Assembly: GCF_057098645.1 (NCBI RefSeq)
Contig: NZ_CM169472.1
DNA: 64,000 nucleotides
Reading direction: 5' to 3' (one strand)
The notes under the pieces are model-generated. The model did no database searches. It was not told the DNA's origin and saw only the letters and a list, made by a program, of their open reading frames with translations. Shown in pieces: positions 37,918-52,174 of the stretch (position 1 is its first letter; every line of letters starts with the position of its first letter). Both the position numbers and the translations under genes were made by a program.

Positions 37918-39126
37918 TCAGGCGTCGCGTTCCAGCAAACGACGCGCGGCGCGTTTCTGGCTAAACTGCCAACCCAGCGCAAGGAAAGTGAAGATGCCAA
38001 TAATGCCCAGCATCATCCACGGAAGCTCTGGCTGGTGCGCCGATTTGCCCAGGTCAAACAGCCAGCCGCCACCGATATAACCAATAGCGCCACCAATCGC
38101 CAGACCCAGACGGCTAAACCCCATATAGCTGCCGCGAGCTCTTGCGTCCGCCAGCGAAGCACTTAAGGTTTCACGCGCAGGCTCGGCAATGATCGACCCG
38201 ATATAAAACAAACAAATCAGGGTGAAAAGTTGTTGCAGGCCGCTGACCATGCCCACCGGCATCATGCTTAATGACATTATCAACAGCCCAGCCATCAACC
38301 GGTGTTCCAGACGAAAATGCTTTTCACTCCAGCGGGCGATAGGGTAGAGCAACGTTAACGACAGACACGCTTCAATGGCATACATCCATTTAACGGCAGA
38401 GGGCGCGCCCGCCACGTCGTTGACCATAATTGGCAGCATCAGCATCACTTGAACAGCCAGCATGTAGTAACCCGCCAGCGTCAGAACATAGGTGACAAAA
38501 CGCTTGTCACGCATCACGCGGGTCATGCCTTCGCGAACGGGCGTGCGTACGGTGGAGAGTTTCCATGCCGGTAATAACCACGCATTGAACGCTGCACACA
38601 GTACAAACAAAACTGCCCCTGTGGCGCAGACCAGGCGAAAGTCGTATTGCAACAGCCAGCTCCCCAACAATGCGCCAATGACCGCACCGGCACTGTCCTG
38701 CATCATCAACAGCGAGAAAAAACGACCACGTTGTTGTGGACGGATTAGTTTCACCACCAGCGCCGAACGCGGCGGATCAAACAACGTGCCGCCGAGTCCC
38801 GAGAGCAGGCATGAAAACCACAATAGCCACGGTTCGTGGGCGATACCCATTGTGGCGAATCCGGCGGCGCGCATCAGCATACCGGTAACAATCATCGGTT
38901 TGGCACCAAAGCGGTCGGCAATTGCGCCGCCGAAAATACCCAGACCTTGCTGAATAAATTGGCGTAGACCGAGAGCAATACCGACCATGACGGCGGCCCA
39001 GCCCATTTGATCAACGAAGCGGATAGAGATCAGCGGGAAGACAACAAAGAACCCCAGCACGACCAGCATATTATCGATGAGCAGGAAATATTTACCCAGG
39101 TTCCTCGCCTGCGACACGCGGGACAT
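37918..39126 (-). CDS. mdtH: MFS transporter MdtH
   Basis: Start [20 protein letters not shown] at 39126; 402 aa. Confidence 0.88.
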
Positions 39127-39361
39127 TTCCCCTCCCGGGAAATAAAAGATGAGCACTTTCTATTCTGCATTGCCGCTAAGACTTTTCCCATCACTTCGGG
39201 GACAATATTTTTTTATCAAAACGTCGCTTTGATAGAGAGTTTTTATCAAATATGTGAATAATGCAGACAATGGCATTTTGGACTTTTCACAGGGTCTGGT
39301 TGCGCAGGTATAGTAATATTTACAGCGTATTAAAGACGTTACGGGAAGGAGTAGGTATAGA

Positions 39362-40604
<1,243 letters not shown>

Positions 40605-40605
40605 A

Positions 40606-41529
40606 GTGAAAAAATTACGTATCGGCGTAGTGGGATTAGGCGGCATTGCGCAAAAAGCGTGGTTACCGGTGCTGGCGGCAGCGTCTGACTGGACGTTACA
40701 AGGAGCCTGGTCGCCTACGCGCGCGAAAGCCCTGCCAATTTGTGAAAGCTGGCGCATTCCTTATGCCGATTCGTTATCCAGCCTTGCCGCCAGTTGCGAT
40801 GCGGTTTTTGTACATTCCAGCACCGCCAGTCACTTTGACGTGGTCAGTACGTTACTCAATGCGGGGGTACATGTCTGTGTCGATAAACCGCTGGCAGAAA
40901 ATCTGCGCGATGCTGAACGGCTGGTGGAACTGGCGGCGCGGAAAAAACTGACGTTGATGGTCGGTTTTAACCGTCGTTTCGCACCACTCTACGGTGAGTT
41001 AAAAACGCAACTCGCCACCGCAGCCTCGCTAAGAATGGATAAACATCGTAGCAATAGCGTCGGGCCACACGATCTTTATTTCACGTTGCTGGATGATTAT
41101 CTGCATGTGGTGGATACCGCGCTGTGGTTGTCGGGCGGCAAAGCCTCTCTGGATGGCGGTACGCTACTGACTAACGACGCTGGCGAAATGCTGTTTGCCG
41201 AGCACCATTTTTCGGCCGGTCCTTTGCAGATCACCACCTGTATGCATCGCCGTGCCGGAAGTCAGCGTGAAACCGTGCAGGCCGTGACTGACGGTGCGCT
41301 CATCGACATTACGGAAATGCGCGAATGGCGTGAGGAGCGTGGGCAGGGTGTAGTGAATAAACCGATTCCTGGTTGGCAGAGCACGCTTGAGCAACGTGGA
41401 TTTGTCGGCTGTGCGCGGCACTTCATTGAATGTGTGCAAAATCAGACAGTTCCGCAAACCGCCGGCGAACAGGCAGTGCTGGCGCAACGTATCGTTGACA
41501 AGATCTGGCGCGATGCGATGAGTGAATAA
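40606..41529 (+). CDS. yceM: Gfo/Idh/MocA-family oxidoreductase YceM (MviM)
   Basis: GTG 40606 (VKKLRIGVVGLGGIAQKAW Rossmann motif) right after yceH stop; 307 aa. Confidence 0.85.
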   Translation: MKKLRIGVVGLGGIAQKAWLPVLAAASDWTLQGAWSPTRAKALPICESWRIPYADSLSSLAASCDAVFVHSSTASHFDVVSTLLNAGVHVCVDKPLAENLRDAERLVELAARKKLTLMVGFNRRFAPLYGELKTQLATAASLRMDKHRSNSVGPHDLYFTLLDDYLHVVDTALWLSGGKASLDGGTLLTNDAGEMLFAEHHFSAGPLQITTCMHRRAGSQRETVQAVTDGALIDITEMREWREERGQGVVNKPIPGWQSTLEQRGFVGCARHFIECVQNQTVPQTAGEQAVLAQRIVDKIWRDAMSE

Positions 41530-41551
41530 ACCCTGTAACATCTGGCGGTAG

Positions 41552-43174
<1,623 letters not shown>

Positions 43175-43213
43175 CAATGCATTCCGGCCTGCAGTGCAGG
43201 CCGGAGATAATCT

Positions 43214-43630
43214 TCAGATCGAAATCTTTTTACTGCCGCGATGGGTTGTTGAGGTCTGACCGTTCGCCCCATATAGCGTCGGTTCCTGATGCGGTTTCAA
43301 CATTTCCAGCGCCTGTTGATTGCGCTCAATCTGTCCTTCCAGTAACCAGCCGTTATGTTGATTCATTTGGCGTAGTTGCTGCGTTTTCACAGCAATTTCC
43401 TGCCAGCGTTGACTAATATCAACGCTATTTGCTGTATTGGGTTCTTTCCTGCGTAACTGTTCGAGGTAATCCAACGTTGCCAGCAGTGAGCTTTTTTGTT
43501 CTGTAATCCATTGCAACTGGCTGCCGTTGATCTGCCCCATAGAGAGATGTTGCTGCTCTTGATCCATTACCGTTTTGAGATCGTTAAGCACAGCGGACAT
43601 CTGGTCGAGGATCTCTGCAAGACGCGTCAT
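43214..43630 (-). CDS. flgN: Flagellar chaperone FlgN
   Basis: 138 aa; recognised. Confidence 0.92.
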   Translation of the reverse strand: MTRLAEILDQMSAVLNDLKTVMDQEQQHLSMGQINGSQLQWITEQKSSLLATLDYLEQLRRKEPNTANSVDISQRWQEIAVKTQQLRQMNQHNGWLLEGQIERNQQALEMLKPHQEPTLYGANGQTSTTHRGSKKISI

Positions 43631-43634
43631 ACGA

Positions 43635-43928
43635 TTAATTACTCTGCAAGTCTTGCTGCGCTTCGTTGATCAGCGCATCGGCAATTTTGCCGGTGTCCAT
43701 TTTTAGTTCACCGTTACGAATCGCCAGTTTTAACGCTTCGACACGTTCAAGATTGATATCACTGCTGCCGGGTTGCATCAGTTTTGCTTGCGCGTCGCTT
43801 AACGTCACACTGGTGCTGGTGGATGCTGTTGTTTTTGCCGCCCGGGTGTTCGTTACCGGCGCGTCAGTGGTTTCGCGCGGTTGAACGGTGCTTACGGGCT
43901 TCAGAGGCGAAGTGCGATCAATACTCAT
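43635..43928 (-). CDS. flgM: Anti-sigma-28 factor FlgM
   Basis: 97 aa; recognised. Confidence 0.93.
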   Translation of the reverse strand: MSIDRTSPLKPVSTVQPRETTDAPVTNTRAAKTTASTSTSVTLSDAQAKLMQPGSSDINLERVEALKLAIRNGELKMDTGKIADALINEAQQDLQSN

Positions 43929-43971
43929 GGTTTATTCCTCATTGAGGGCGCTTTTATCATGTGTTGCTTAT

Positions 43972-43998
43972 TTATCGGCAAGGGACGGGTAATCTTTA
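43972..43998 (-). promoter_or_regulatory. Sigma-28 (FliA) class 3 promoter for flgMN, within the flgA 3' region
   Basis: On the minus strand TAAAGATT - 11 nt - GCCGATAA, matching TAAAGTTT-N11-GCCGATAA, ~45 nt upstream of the flgM start. Confidence 0.7.
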
Positions 43999-44003
43999 AC
44001 AGC

Positions 44004-44663
44004 TTACAGGTTTATAAGAATATTCCCATCTGCATCAACAACGCCGCTGACTACCTGTCCAGATACCATGCGCACCCGCGCATTCTGTGCGACGGCTGCA
44101 TTGTTCAGCGCCTGACCTTCAGCGTTGGCGCTAAACCCATCACCGCTGGCGATCACATTGACGCGTTGTCCCGCTTTTACCCGCCATGCCTGGCGAAACT
44201 GGGTTAACTGGATAGGTTGATCGGGTGATAGATCGCGCAGGCTAACGGCATCAACAAGTTGATTGATATCCAGCACCGTACGCGGTGGCAGGGTATCCAG
44301 CCGTCCGCGTTTTAGTTTGACATTGCCAGCTTCCAGCTTTCCTCCCCGCACAATGGGCATCGCGGCAACCACATAATTTCCTGTGGCCTGCACATTAACC
44401 TGTAAATATCGTTTGTCGTTACCGCAGCGTGCCAACACATTCACATTGCCCCACAGGCGGGAATTATTGCTCATCGAAAGCAATGGCTGCTCGCACGGCG
44501 GTAGTAGATTGGGCGCTGTACGAATAGAAACACGAACCTCATCACTTATCCCTGCGAGCTGGGAGCTAAAAAAGGTTTGCAATTGCGATGTGAGATTGCT
44601 CGCCGCACTTAACGGACTGAACAGTATCGCGATGATCGCCACGCTACGTTTTATTGCCAGCAT
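44004..44663 (-). CDS. flgA: Flagellar P-ring assembly chaperone FlgA
   Basis: 219 aa; recognised. Confidence 0.92.
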   Translation of the reverse strand: MLAIKRSVAIIAILFSPLSAASNLTSQLQTFFSSQLAGISDEVRVSIRTAPNLLPPCEQPLLSMSNNSRLWGNVNVLARCGNDKRYLQVNVQATGNYVVAAMPIVRGGKLEAGNVKLKRGRLDTLPPRTVLDINQLVDAVSLRDLSPDQPIQLTQFRQAWRVKAGQRVNVIASGDGFSANAEGQALNNAAVAQNARVRMVSGQVVSGVVDADGNILINL

Positions 44664-44817
44664 TTTCGCCCCCAGCCATTTCTACAACGTGAATTGTACC
44701 TGTCCGCAATGACCATCAACGGCATAAATAGCGACCCATTTTGCGTTTATTCCGCCGATAACGCGCGCGTAAAGGCATTTAAGCTGATGGCAGAATTTTG
44801 ATACCTGCGGAGGAGAT
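44664..44817. promoter_or_regulatory. flgA-flgB divergent class 2 promoter region
   Basis: 154-bp intergenic region between divergent flgAMN and flgBCDEFGHIJ; FlhDC dependence is established knowledge, no box called. Confidence 0.7.
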
Positions 44818-45234
44818 ATGCTCGATAAGCTCGACGCCGCCTTACGTTTTCAACAAGAGGCGCTCAATCTGCGCGCCCAGCGTCAGGAAGTGCTGGCAGC
44901 AAACATCGCCAATGCCGATACCCCTGGTTATCAGGCGCGCGATATCGATTTTGCCAGTGAACTTAAAAAAGTCATGCAACGTGGACGGGATGCAACCAGT
45001 GTGGTTGCTCTGACGATGACCTCAACGCAACACATTCCGGCGCAGGCGCTGACGCCTCCTACCGCAGAACTGCAATACCGTATTCCGGACCAGCCTTCGC
45101 TTGACGGTAATACCGTCGATATGGATCGCGAACGCACCCAGTTTGCCGATAACAGCCTGCAATACCAGATGAGCCTTAGTGCGTTGAGCGGGCAAATCAA
45201 AGGCATGATGAACGTTTTACAGAGCGGAAATTAA
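44818..45234 (+). CDS. flgB: Flagellar basal-body rod protein FlgB
   Basis: 138 aa. Confidence 0.93.
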
Positions 45235-45237
45235 CGG

Positions 45238-45642
45238 ATGGCACTGCTGAATATTTTTGATATCGCCGGATCGGCGTTAACTGCCCAGTCCCAGCGCCTG
45301 AACGTGGCGGCCAGTAATCTGGCGAATGCTGATAGCGTGACCGGTCCCGATGGACAGCCATATCGGGCAAAACAGGTGGTATTTCAGGTTAACGCTGCAC
45401 CAGGTGCTGCGACAGGCGGCGTAAAGGTTGCCGATGTTATAGAAAGTCAGGCCCCGGACAAACTGGTTTATGAACCGGGTAATCCGCTGGCGGATGCAAA
45501 GGGCTACGTAAAAATGCCGAACGTTGATGTTGTCGGAGAGATGGTTAACACCATGTCGGCGTCACGCAGCTATCAGGCCAATGTTGAAGTGCTCAACACG
45601 GTGAAAAGCATGATGCTGAAAACCCTTACGCTCGGTCAATAA
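45238..45642 (+). CDS. flgC: Flagellar basal-body rod protein FlgC
   Basis: 134 aa. Confidence 0.93.
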
Positions 45643-45653
45643 AGGAGAAAGCT

Positions 45654-46349
45654 ATGTCCATTGCGGTAACCACCACCGATCCGACAAATACCGGCGTCAG
45701 TACCACCAGCAGTAGTTCGCTCACGGGCAGCAACGCCGCAGATTTACAAAGCAGTTTTCTGACTTTGTTGGTGGCGCAGCTGAAAAACCAGGACCCGACC
45801 AATCCAATGGAAAACAACGAGCTGACGTCGCAATTGGCACAAATCAGCACGGTCAGCGGGATTGAAAAACTCAATACCACGCTCGGATCTATTTCCGGAC
45901 AGATTGATAACAGCCAGTCGTTACAGGCCAGTAACCTGATCGGTCACGGCGTGATGATCCCCGGCACCACTGTTCTTGCGGGAACCGGCAGTGAAGAAGG
46001 GGCTGTGACCACGACCACGCCGTTTGGTGTTGAGCTGCAACAGGCGGCAGACAAAGTTACGGCCACCATCACCGATAAAAATGGCGCGGTTGTGCGCACC
46101 ATTGATATTGGTGAACTGACCGCCGGAGTCCACAGTTTCACCTGGGACGGTACGTTGACTGACGGCAGCACTGCGCCGAACGGTTCTTACAACGTAGCGA
46201 TTAGCGCCAGTAACGGTGGTACACAACTGGTTGCCCAGCCGCTGCAGTTTGCTCTGGTGCAGGGTGTGATCCGCGGCAACAACGGTAATACGCTGGATCT
46301 CGGCACTTACGGCACCACCACCCTCGACGAAGTACGGCAGATAATTTAA
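45654..46349 (+). CDS. flgD: Flagellar hook capping protein FlgD
   Basis: 231 aa. Confidence 0.92.
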   Translation: MSIAVTTTDPTNTGVSTTSSSSLTGSNAADLQSSFLTLLVAQLKNQDPTNPMENNELTSQLAQISTVSGIEKLNTTLGSISGQIDNSQSLQASNLIGHGVMIPGTTVLAGTGSEEGAVTTTTPFGVELQQAADKVTATITDKNGAVVRTIDIGELTAGVHSFTWDGTLTDGSTAPNGSYNVAISASNGGTQLVAQPLQFALVQGVIRGNNGNTLDLGTYGTTTLDEVRQII

Positions 46350-46373
46350 GCCTTCACATTTCAGGAGTCAGTC

Positions 46374-47579
46374 ATGGCCTTTTCTCAAGCGGTTAGCGGA
46401 TTAAACGCTGCCGCCACCAACCTCGATGTTATTGGCAACAATATCGCCAACTCCGCCACCTACGGCTTTAAATCAGGCACGGCCTCTTTTGCCGATATGT
46501 TTGCCGGTTCGAAAGTGGGACTGGGGGTAAAAGTTGCCGGTATCACTCAGGACTTTACCGATGGCACGACCACCAACACCGGGCGTGGTCTGGACGTTGC
46601 TATCAGCCAGAACGGTTTTTTCCGTCTGGTAGATAGCAACGGTGCGGTGTTCTACAGCCGTAACGGACAATTTAAGCTGGATGAAAATCGTAACCTGGTG
46701 AATATGCAAGGTTTACAGCTGACGGGTTACCCGGCAACCGGTACGCCGCCGACTATTCAGCAAGGGGCGAATCCGACTAACATTTCGATCCCGAATACCC
46801 TGATGGCAGCGAAAACTACCACCACGGCGTCGATGCAGATCAACCTGAATTCCAGCGATCCGCTTCCCTCTGTTAACGCATTTGATGCCAGCAATGCGGA
46901 TAGCTATAACAAAAAAGGTTCGGTGACTGTTTTCGACAGTCAGGGTAATGCTCATGACATGAGCGTGTACTTTGTGAAGACCGGGGATAATAACTGGCAG
47001 GTCTACACCCAGGATAGCAGTGATCCAACAGGCACAGCTGACCATGCAATGACGCTGGTGTTTAATGCCAATGGCGTTCTGACGTCAAATCCAACAGAGA
47101 ATATTACAACTGGCGCAATTAACGGCGCAGAACCCGCCACGTTTAGCCTGAGCTTCCTCAACTCCATGCAGCAAAATACCGGCGCTAACAACATTGTGGC
47201 AACCACCCAGAATGGCTACAAACCGGGCGATCTGGTGAGTTATCAAATCAATGATGACGGTACGGTTGTCGGCAACTATTCCAACGAACAAACCCAACTG
47301 CTGGGGCAGATTGTACTGGCGAACTTTGCCAACAACGAAGGTCTGGCATCCGAAGGCGGCAACGTCTGGTCTGCGACGCAATCTTCTGGCGTGGCGCTGT
47401 TGGGGACAGCCGGGACGGGCAACTTTGGCACCCTGACCAACGGTGCGTTGGAAGCGTCCAACGTCGATCTCAGTAAAGAACTGGTCAATATGATCGTTGC
47501 CCAGCGTAACTATCAGTCTAACGCCCAGACCATCAAAACCCAGGACCAGATCCTCAACACGCTGGTTAACTTACGCTAA
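46374..47579 (+). CDS. flgE: Flagellar hook protein FlgE
   Basis: 401 aa; conserved N- and C-termini. Confidence 0.93.
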   Translation: MAFSQAVSGLNAAATNLDVIGNNIANSATYGFKSGTASFADMFAGSKVGLGVKVAGITQDFTDGTTTNTGRGLDVAISQNGFFRLVDSNGAVFYSRNGQFKLDENRNLVNMQGLQLTGYPATGTPPTIQQGANPTNISIPNTLMAAKTTTTASMQINLNSSDPLPSVNAFDASNADSYNKKGSVTVFDSQGNAHDMSVYFVKTGDNNWQVYTQDSSDPTGTADHAMTLVFNANGVLTSNPTENITTGAINGAEPATFSLSFLNSMQQNTGANNIVATTQNGYKPGDLVSYQINDDGTVVGNYSNEQTQLLGQIVLANFANNEGLASEGGNVWSATQSSGVALLGTAGTGNFGTLTNGALEASNVDLSKELVNMIVAQRNYQSNAQTIKTQDQILNTLVNLR

Positions 47580-47598
47580 TCGCTGACGGGATAGCTCA

Positions 47599-48354
47599 AT
47601 GGATCACGCAATTTATACCGCGATGGGAGCAGCCAGCCAGACGCTGAATCAACAGGCGGTAACCGCCAGTAATCTGGCCAATGCCTCTACGCCCGGTTTT
47701 CGCGCGCAGTTAAACGCCTTGCGCGCAGTGCCGGTGGAAGGGCTTTCACTGCCCACGCGCACGCTGGTAACGGCGTCAACACCGGGTGCAGACATGACGC
47801 CCGGCAAGATGGATTACACCTCGCGCCCGCTGGACGTTGCATTGCAGCAGGATGGCTGGCTGGCCGTGCAGACCGCTGACGGCAGCGAAGGGTATACGCG
47901 TAATGGCAGCATTCAGGTTGATCCCACCGGACAACTGACAATTCAGGGGCATCCGGTGATAGGCGAGGCGGGGCCAATTGCTGTGCCGGAAGGGGCGGAA
48001 ATCACTATTGCTGCCGATGGCACAATCTCGGCGCTGAATCCGGGCGATCCGGCAAACACGGTTGCGCCAGTAGGGCGTCTTAAACTGGTGAAAGCCACGG
48101 GCAGCGAAGTGCAGCGCGGTGACGACGGCATTTTTCGTTTAAGCGCAGAAACCCAGGCCACGCGTGGGCCGGTACTGCAGGCAGATCCAACCTTGCGTGT
48201 GATGTCGGGTGTTCTGGAAGGCAGTAATGTCAATACCGTTGCGGCAATGAGCGACATGATTGCCAGCGCGCGGCGTTTTGAAATGCAGATGAAGGTGATC
48301 AGCAGCGTCGATGATAACGCAGGCCGTGCCAACCAACTGCTGTCGATGAGTTAA
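47599..48354 (+). CDS. flgF: Flagellar proximal rod protein FlgF
   Basis: 251 aa. Confidence 0.92.
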   Translation: MDHAIYTAMGAASQTLNQQAVTASNLANASTPGFRAQLNALRAVPVEGLSLPTRTLVTASTPGADMTPGKMDYTSRPLDVALQQDGWLAVQTADGSEGYTRNGSIQVDPTGQLTIQGHPVIGEAGPIAVPEGAEITIAADGTISALNPGDPANTVAPVGRLKLVKATGSEVQRGDDGIFRLSAETQATRGPVLQADPTLRVMSGVLEGSNVNTVAAMSDMIASARRFEMQMKVISSVDDNAGRANQLLSMS

Positions 48355-48380
48355 TTGAAAGGATACATGACAAGTATAAG

Positions 48381-48481
<101 letters not shown>

Positions 48482-48507
48482 AGAAAACATATGCACTTTG
48501 TCACTAA

Positions 48508-49308
<801 letters not shown>

Positions 49309-49360
49309 GGCATAATCGGTGGCAGGTTCACCGGTTTATTGATTTTTGAAGATGATAGCC

Positions 49361-50059
49361 ATGCAAAAAAACGCTGCGCATACTTATGCCATTTCCAGCT
49401 TGTTGGTGCTTTCACTAACCGGCTGCGCCTGGATACCCTCCACGCCGCTGGTGCAGGGGGCGACCAGTGCACAACCGGTTCCCGGTCCGACGCCCGTCGC
49501 CAACGGTTCTATTTTCCAGTCTGCTCAGCCGATTAACTATGGCTATCAACCGCTGTTTGAAGATCGTCGACCACGCAATATTGGCGATACGCTGACCATC
49601 GTGTTGCAGGAGAACGTCAGCGCCAGCAAAAGCTCCTCTGCGAATGCCAGCCGTGACGGTAAAACTAATTTTGGCTTTGATACTGTGCCGCGCTATTTGC
49701 AGGGGCTGTTTGGTAACGCTCGTGCCGATGTCGAAGCCTCCGGTGGTAACACGTTCAACGGAAAGGGCGGGGCCAATGCCAGCAATACCTTTAGCGGCAC
49801 GTTGACGGTGACGGTTGACCAGGTACTGGTCAACGGCAACCTGCATGTGGTGGGTGAAAAACAGATTGCCATTAATCAGGGTACCGAATTTATTCGCTTC
49901 TCTGGCGTGGTTAATCCACGCACCATCAGCGGCAGCAATACCGTACCGTCTACTCAGGTGGCGGATGCGCGCATTGAATACGTAGGCAATGGCTACATTA
50001 ACGAAGCGCAAAATATGGGCTGGTTGCAGCGTTTCTTCCTTAACCTGTCGCCAATGTAA
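49361..50059 (+). CDS. flgH: Flagellar L-ring lipoprotein FlgH
   Basis: ATG 49361 ([22 protein letters not shown] lipobox); 232 aa. Confidence 0.92.
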
Positions 50060-50070
50060 GTGAGGCTGTG

Positions 50071-51168
50071 GTGATTAAATTTCTCTCTGCATTAATTCTT
50101 CTACTGGTTACGACGGCGGCTCAGGCTGAGCGTATTCGCGATCTCACCAGTGTTCAGGGGGTAAGGCAAAACTCACTGATTGGCTATGGTCTGGTGGTGG
50201 GGCTGGATGGCACCGGTGACCAGACAACCCAGACGCCGTTTACCACACAAACGCTTAATAACATGCTCTCACAGCTGGGAATTACCGTTCCGACGGGCAC
50301 CAATATGCAGCTAAAAAACGTCGCTGCGGTAATGGTGACAGCGTCACTTCCTCCGTTTGGACGTCAGGGGCAAACCATCGACGTGGTGGTTTCTTCCATG
50401 GGTAATGCCAAAAGCTTGCGTGGAGGTACGTTGTTGATGACTCCGCTTAAGGGCGTTGACAGTCAGGTGTATGCGCTGGCGCAGGGCAATATTCTGGTTG
50501 GCGGCGCAGGAGCCTCCGCTGGCGGTAGCAGTGTTCAGGTGAACCAATTGAACGGTGGACGGATCACCAATGGTGCGGTTATTGAACGTGAATTACCCAG
50601 CCAGTTTGGCGTCGGGAATACCCTTAATTTGCAACTTAACGACGAAGATTTCAGCATGGCGCAGCAAATCGCTGACACCATCAACCGCGTGCGTGGATAT
50701 GGCAGCGCCACCGCGTTAGATGCGCGGACTATTCAGGTGCGCGTACCAAGTGGCAACAGTTCCCAAGTCCGTTTCCTTGCCGATATCCAGAATATGCAGG
50801 TTAATGTCACCCCGCAGGACGCTAAAGTAGTGATTAACTCGCGCACCGGTTCGGTGGTGATGAATCGCGAAGTGACCCTCGACAGCTGCGCGGTAGCGCA
50901 GGGGAATCTCTCAGTTACAGTCAATCGTCAGGCCAATGTCAGCCAGCCAGATACACCGTTTGGTGGTGGACAGACTGTGGTTACTCCACAAACGCAGATC
51001 GATTTACGCCAGAGCGGCGGTTCGCTGCAAAGCGTACGTTCCAGCGCCAGCCTCAATAACGTGGTGCGTGCGCTCAATGCGCTGGGCGCTACGCCGATGG
51101 ATCTGATGTCTATTTTGCAATCAATGCAAAGTGCGGGATGTCTGCGGGCAAAACTGGAAATCATCTGA
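50071..51168 (+). CDS. flgI: Flagellar P-ring protein FlgI
   Basis: GTG 50071 ([19 protein letters not shown]) with TGAGG 5 nt upstream; GTG 50068 is an alternative start. Confidence 0.9.
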
Positions 51169-52109
51169 TGATCAGCGACAGCAAACTACTGGCAAGTGCG
51201 GCCTGGGATGCGCAATCACTCAACGAACTAAAGGCGAAAGCGAGCGAAGATCCGGCGGCAAATATCCGTCCGGTGGCCCGTCAGGTGGAAGGGATGTTCG
51301 TGCAGATGATGTTGAAAAGCATGCGCGACGCTTTACCAAAAGATGGCCTGTTCAGCAGCGAGCACACTCGCCTGTATACCAGTATGTATGACCAGCAGAT
51401 TGCCCAACAGATGACGGCGGGCAAAGGTCTGGGGCTTGCAGAGATGATGGTTAAGCAGATGACGCCAGAACAACCATTGCCAGAGGAGTCCACGCCAGCA
51501 GCACCGATGAAATTCCCGCTCGAAACCGTGGTGCGTTATCAAAATCAGGCGCTTTCGCAGCTGGTGCAAAAGGCCGTGCCACGTAACTACGATGATTCGC
51601 TGCCAGGTGACAGTAAAGCATTCCTCGCGCAACTCTCGCTGCCCGCCCAACTGGCAAGCCAGCAAAGCGGTGTGCCACATCATTTGATCCTCGCTCAGGC
51701 GGCGCTGGAATCTGGCTGGGGGCAACGGCAAATCCGCCGCGAAAACGGCGAGCCGAGCTATAACCTGTTTGGTGTCAAAGCCTCTGGCAACTGGAAAGGG
51801 CCAGTCACTGAAATCACCACGACTGAATATGAAAATGGCGAAGCGAAGAAAGTAAAAGCGAAGTTTCGGGTCTACAGCTCGTATCTGGAAGCATTGTCGG
51901 ATTACGTTGGGCTGTTAACACGTAACCCGCGCTACGCCGCCGTGACGACCGCCGCGAGTGCGGAGCAGGGGGCGCAGGCCCTACAGGACGCGGGCTATGC
52001 CACCGATCCTCACTATGCCCGTAAACTCACCAACATGATTCAGCAGATGAAATCGATAAGCGACAAGGTGAGCAAAACCTACAGTATGAACATTGATAAT
52101 CTGTTCTGA
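51168..52109 (+). CDS. flgJ: Flagellar rod assembly protein / peptidoglycan hydrolase FlgJ
   Basis: ATG 51168 ([14 protein letters not shown]) overlapping flgI stop by 1 nt; 313 aa. Confidence 0.92.
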   Translation: MISDSKLLASAAWDAQSLNELKAKASEDPAANIRPVARQVEGMFVQMMLKSMRDALPKDGLFSSEHTRLYTSMYDQQIAQQMTAGKGLGLAEMMVKQMTPEQPLPEESTPAAPMKFPLETVVRYQNQALSQLVQKAVPRNYDDSLPGDSKAFLAQLSLPAQLASQQSGVPHHLILAQAALESGWGQRQIRRENGEPSYNLFGVKASGNWKGPVTEITTTEYENGEAKKVKAKFRVYSSYLEALSDYVGLLTRNPRYAAVTTAASAEQGAQALQDAGYATDPHYARKLTNMIQQMKSISDKVSKTYSMNIDNLF

Positions 52110-52114
52110 ATAAC

Positions 52115-52141
52115 TCAAGTCCGGCGGGGCGCTGCCGATAA
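52115..52141 (+). promoter_or_regulatory. Sigma-28 class 3 promoter for flgKL
   Basis: Strong -10 GCCGATAA at 52134-52141; weaker -35-like TCAAGTCC 11 nt upstream; ~35 nt before the flgK ATG. Confidence 0.55.
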
Positions 52142-52174
52142 TACTCTGTAATTGAAGGCTTATAAGGAACCTCC

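Noticed and set aside
49415-50011. 198-aa minus-strand ORF
   Set aside because: Antisense to flgH.
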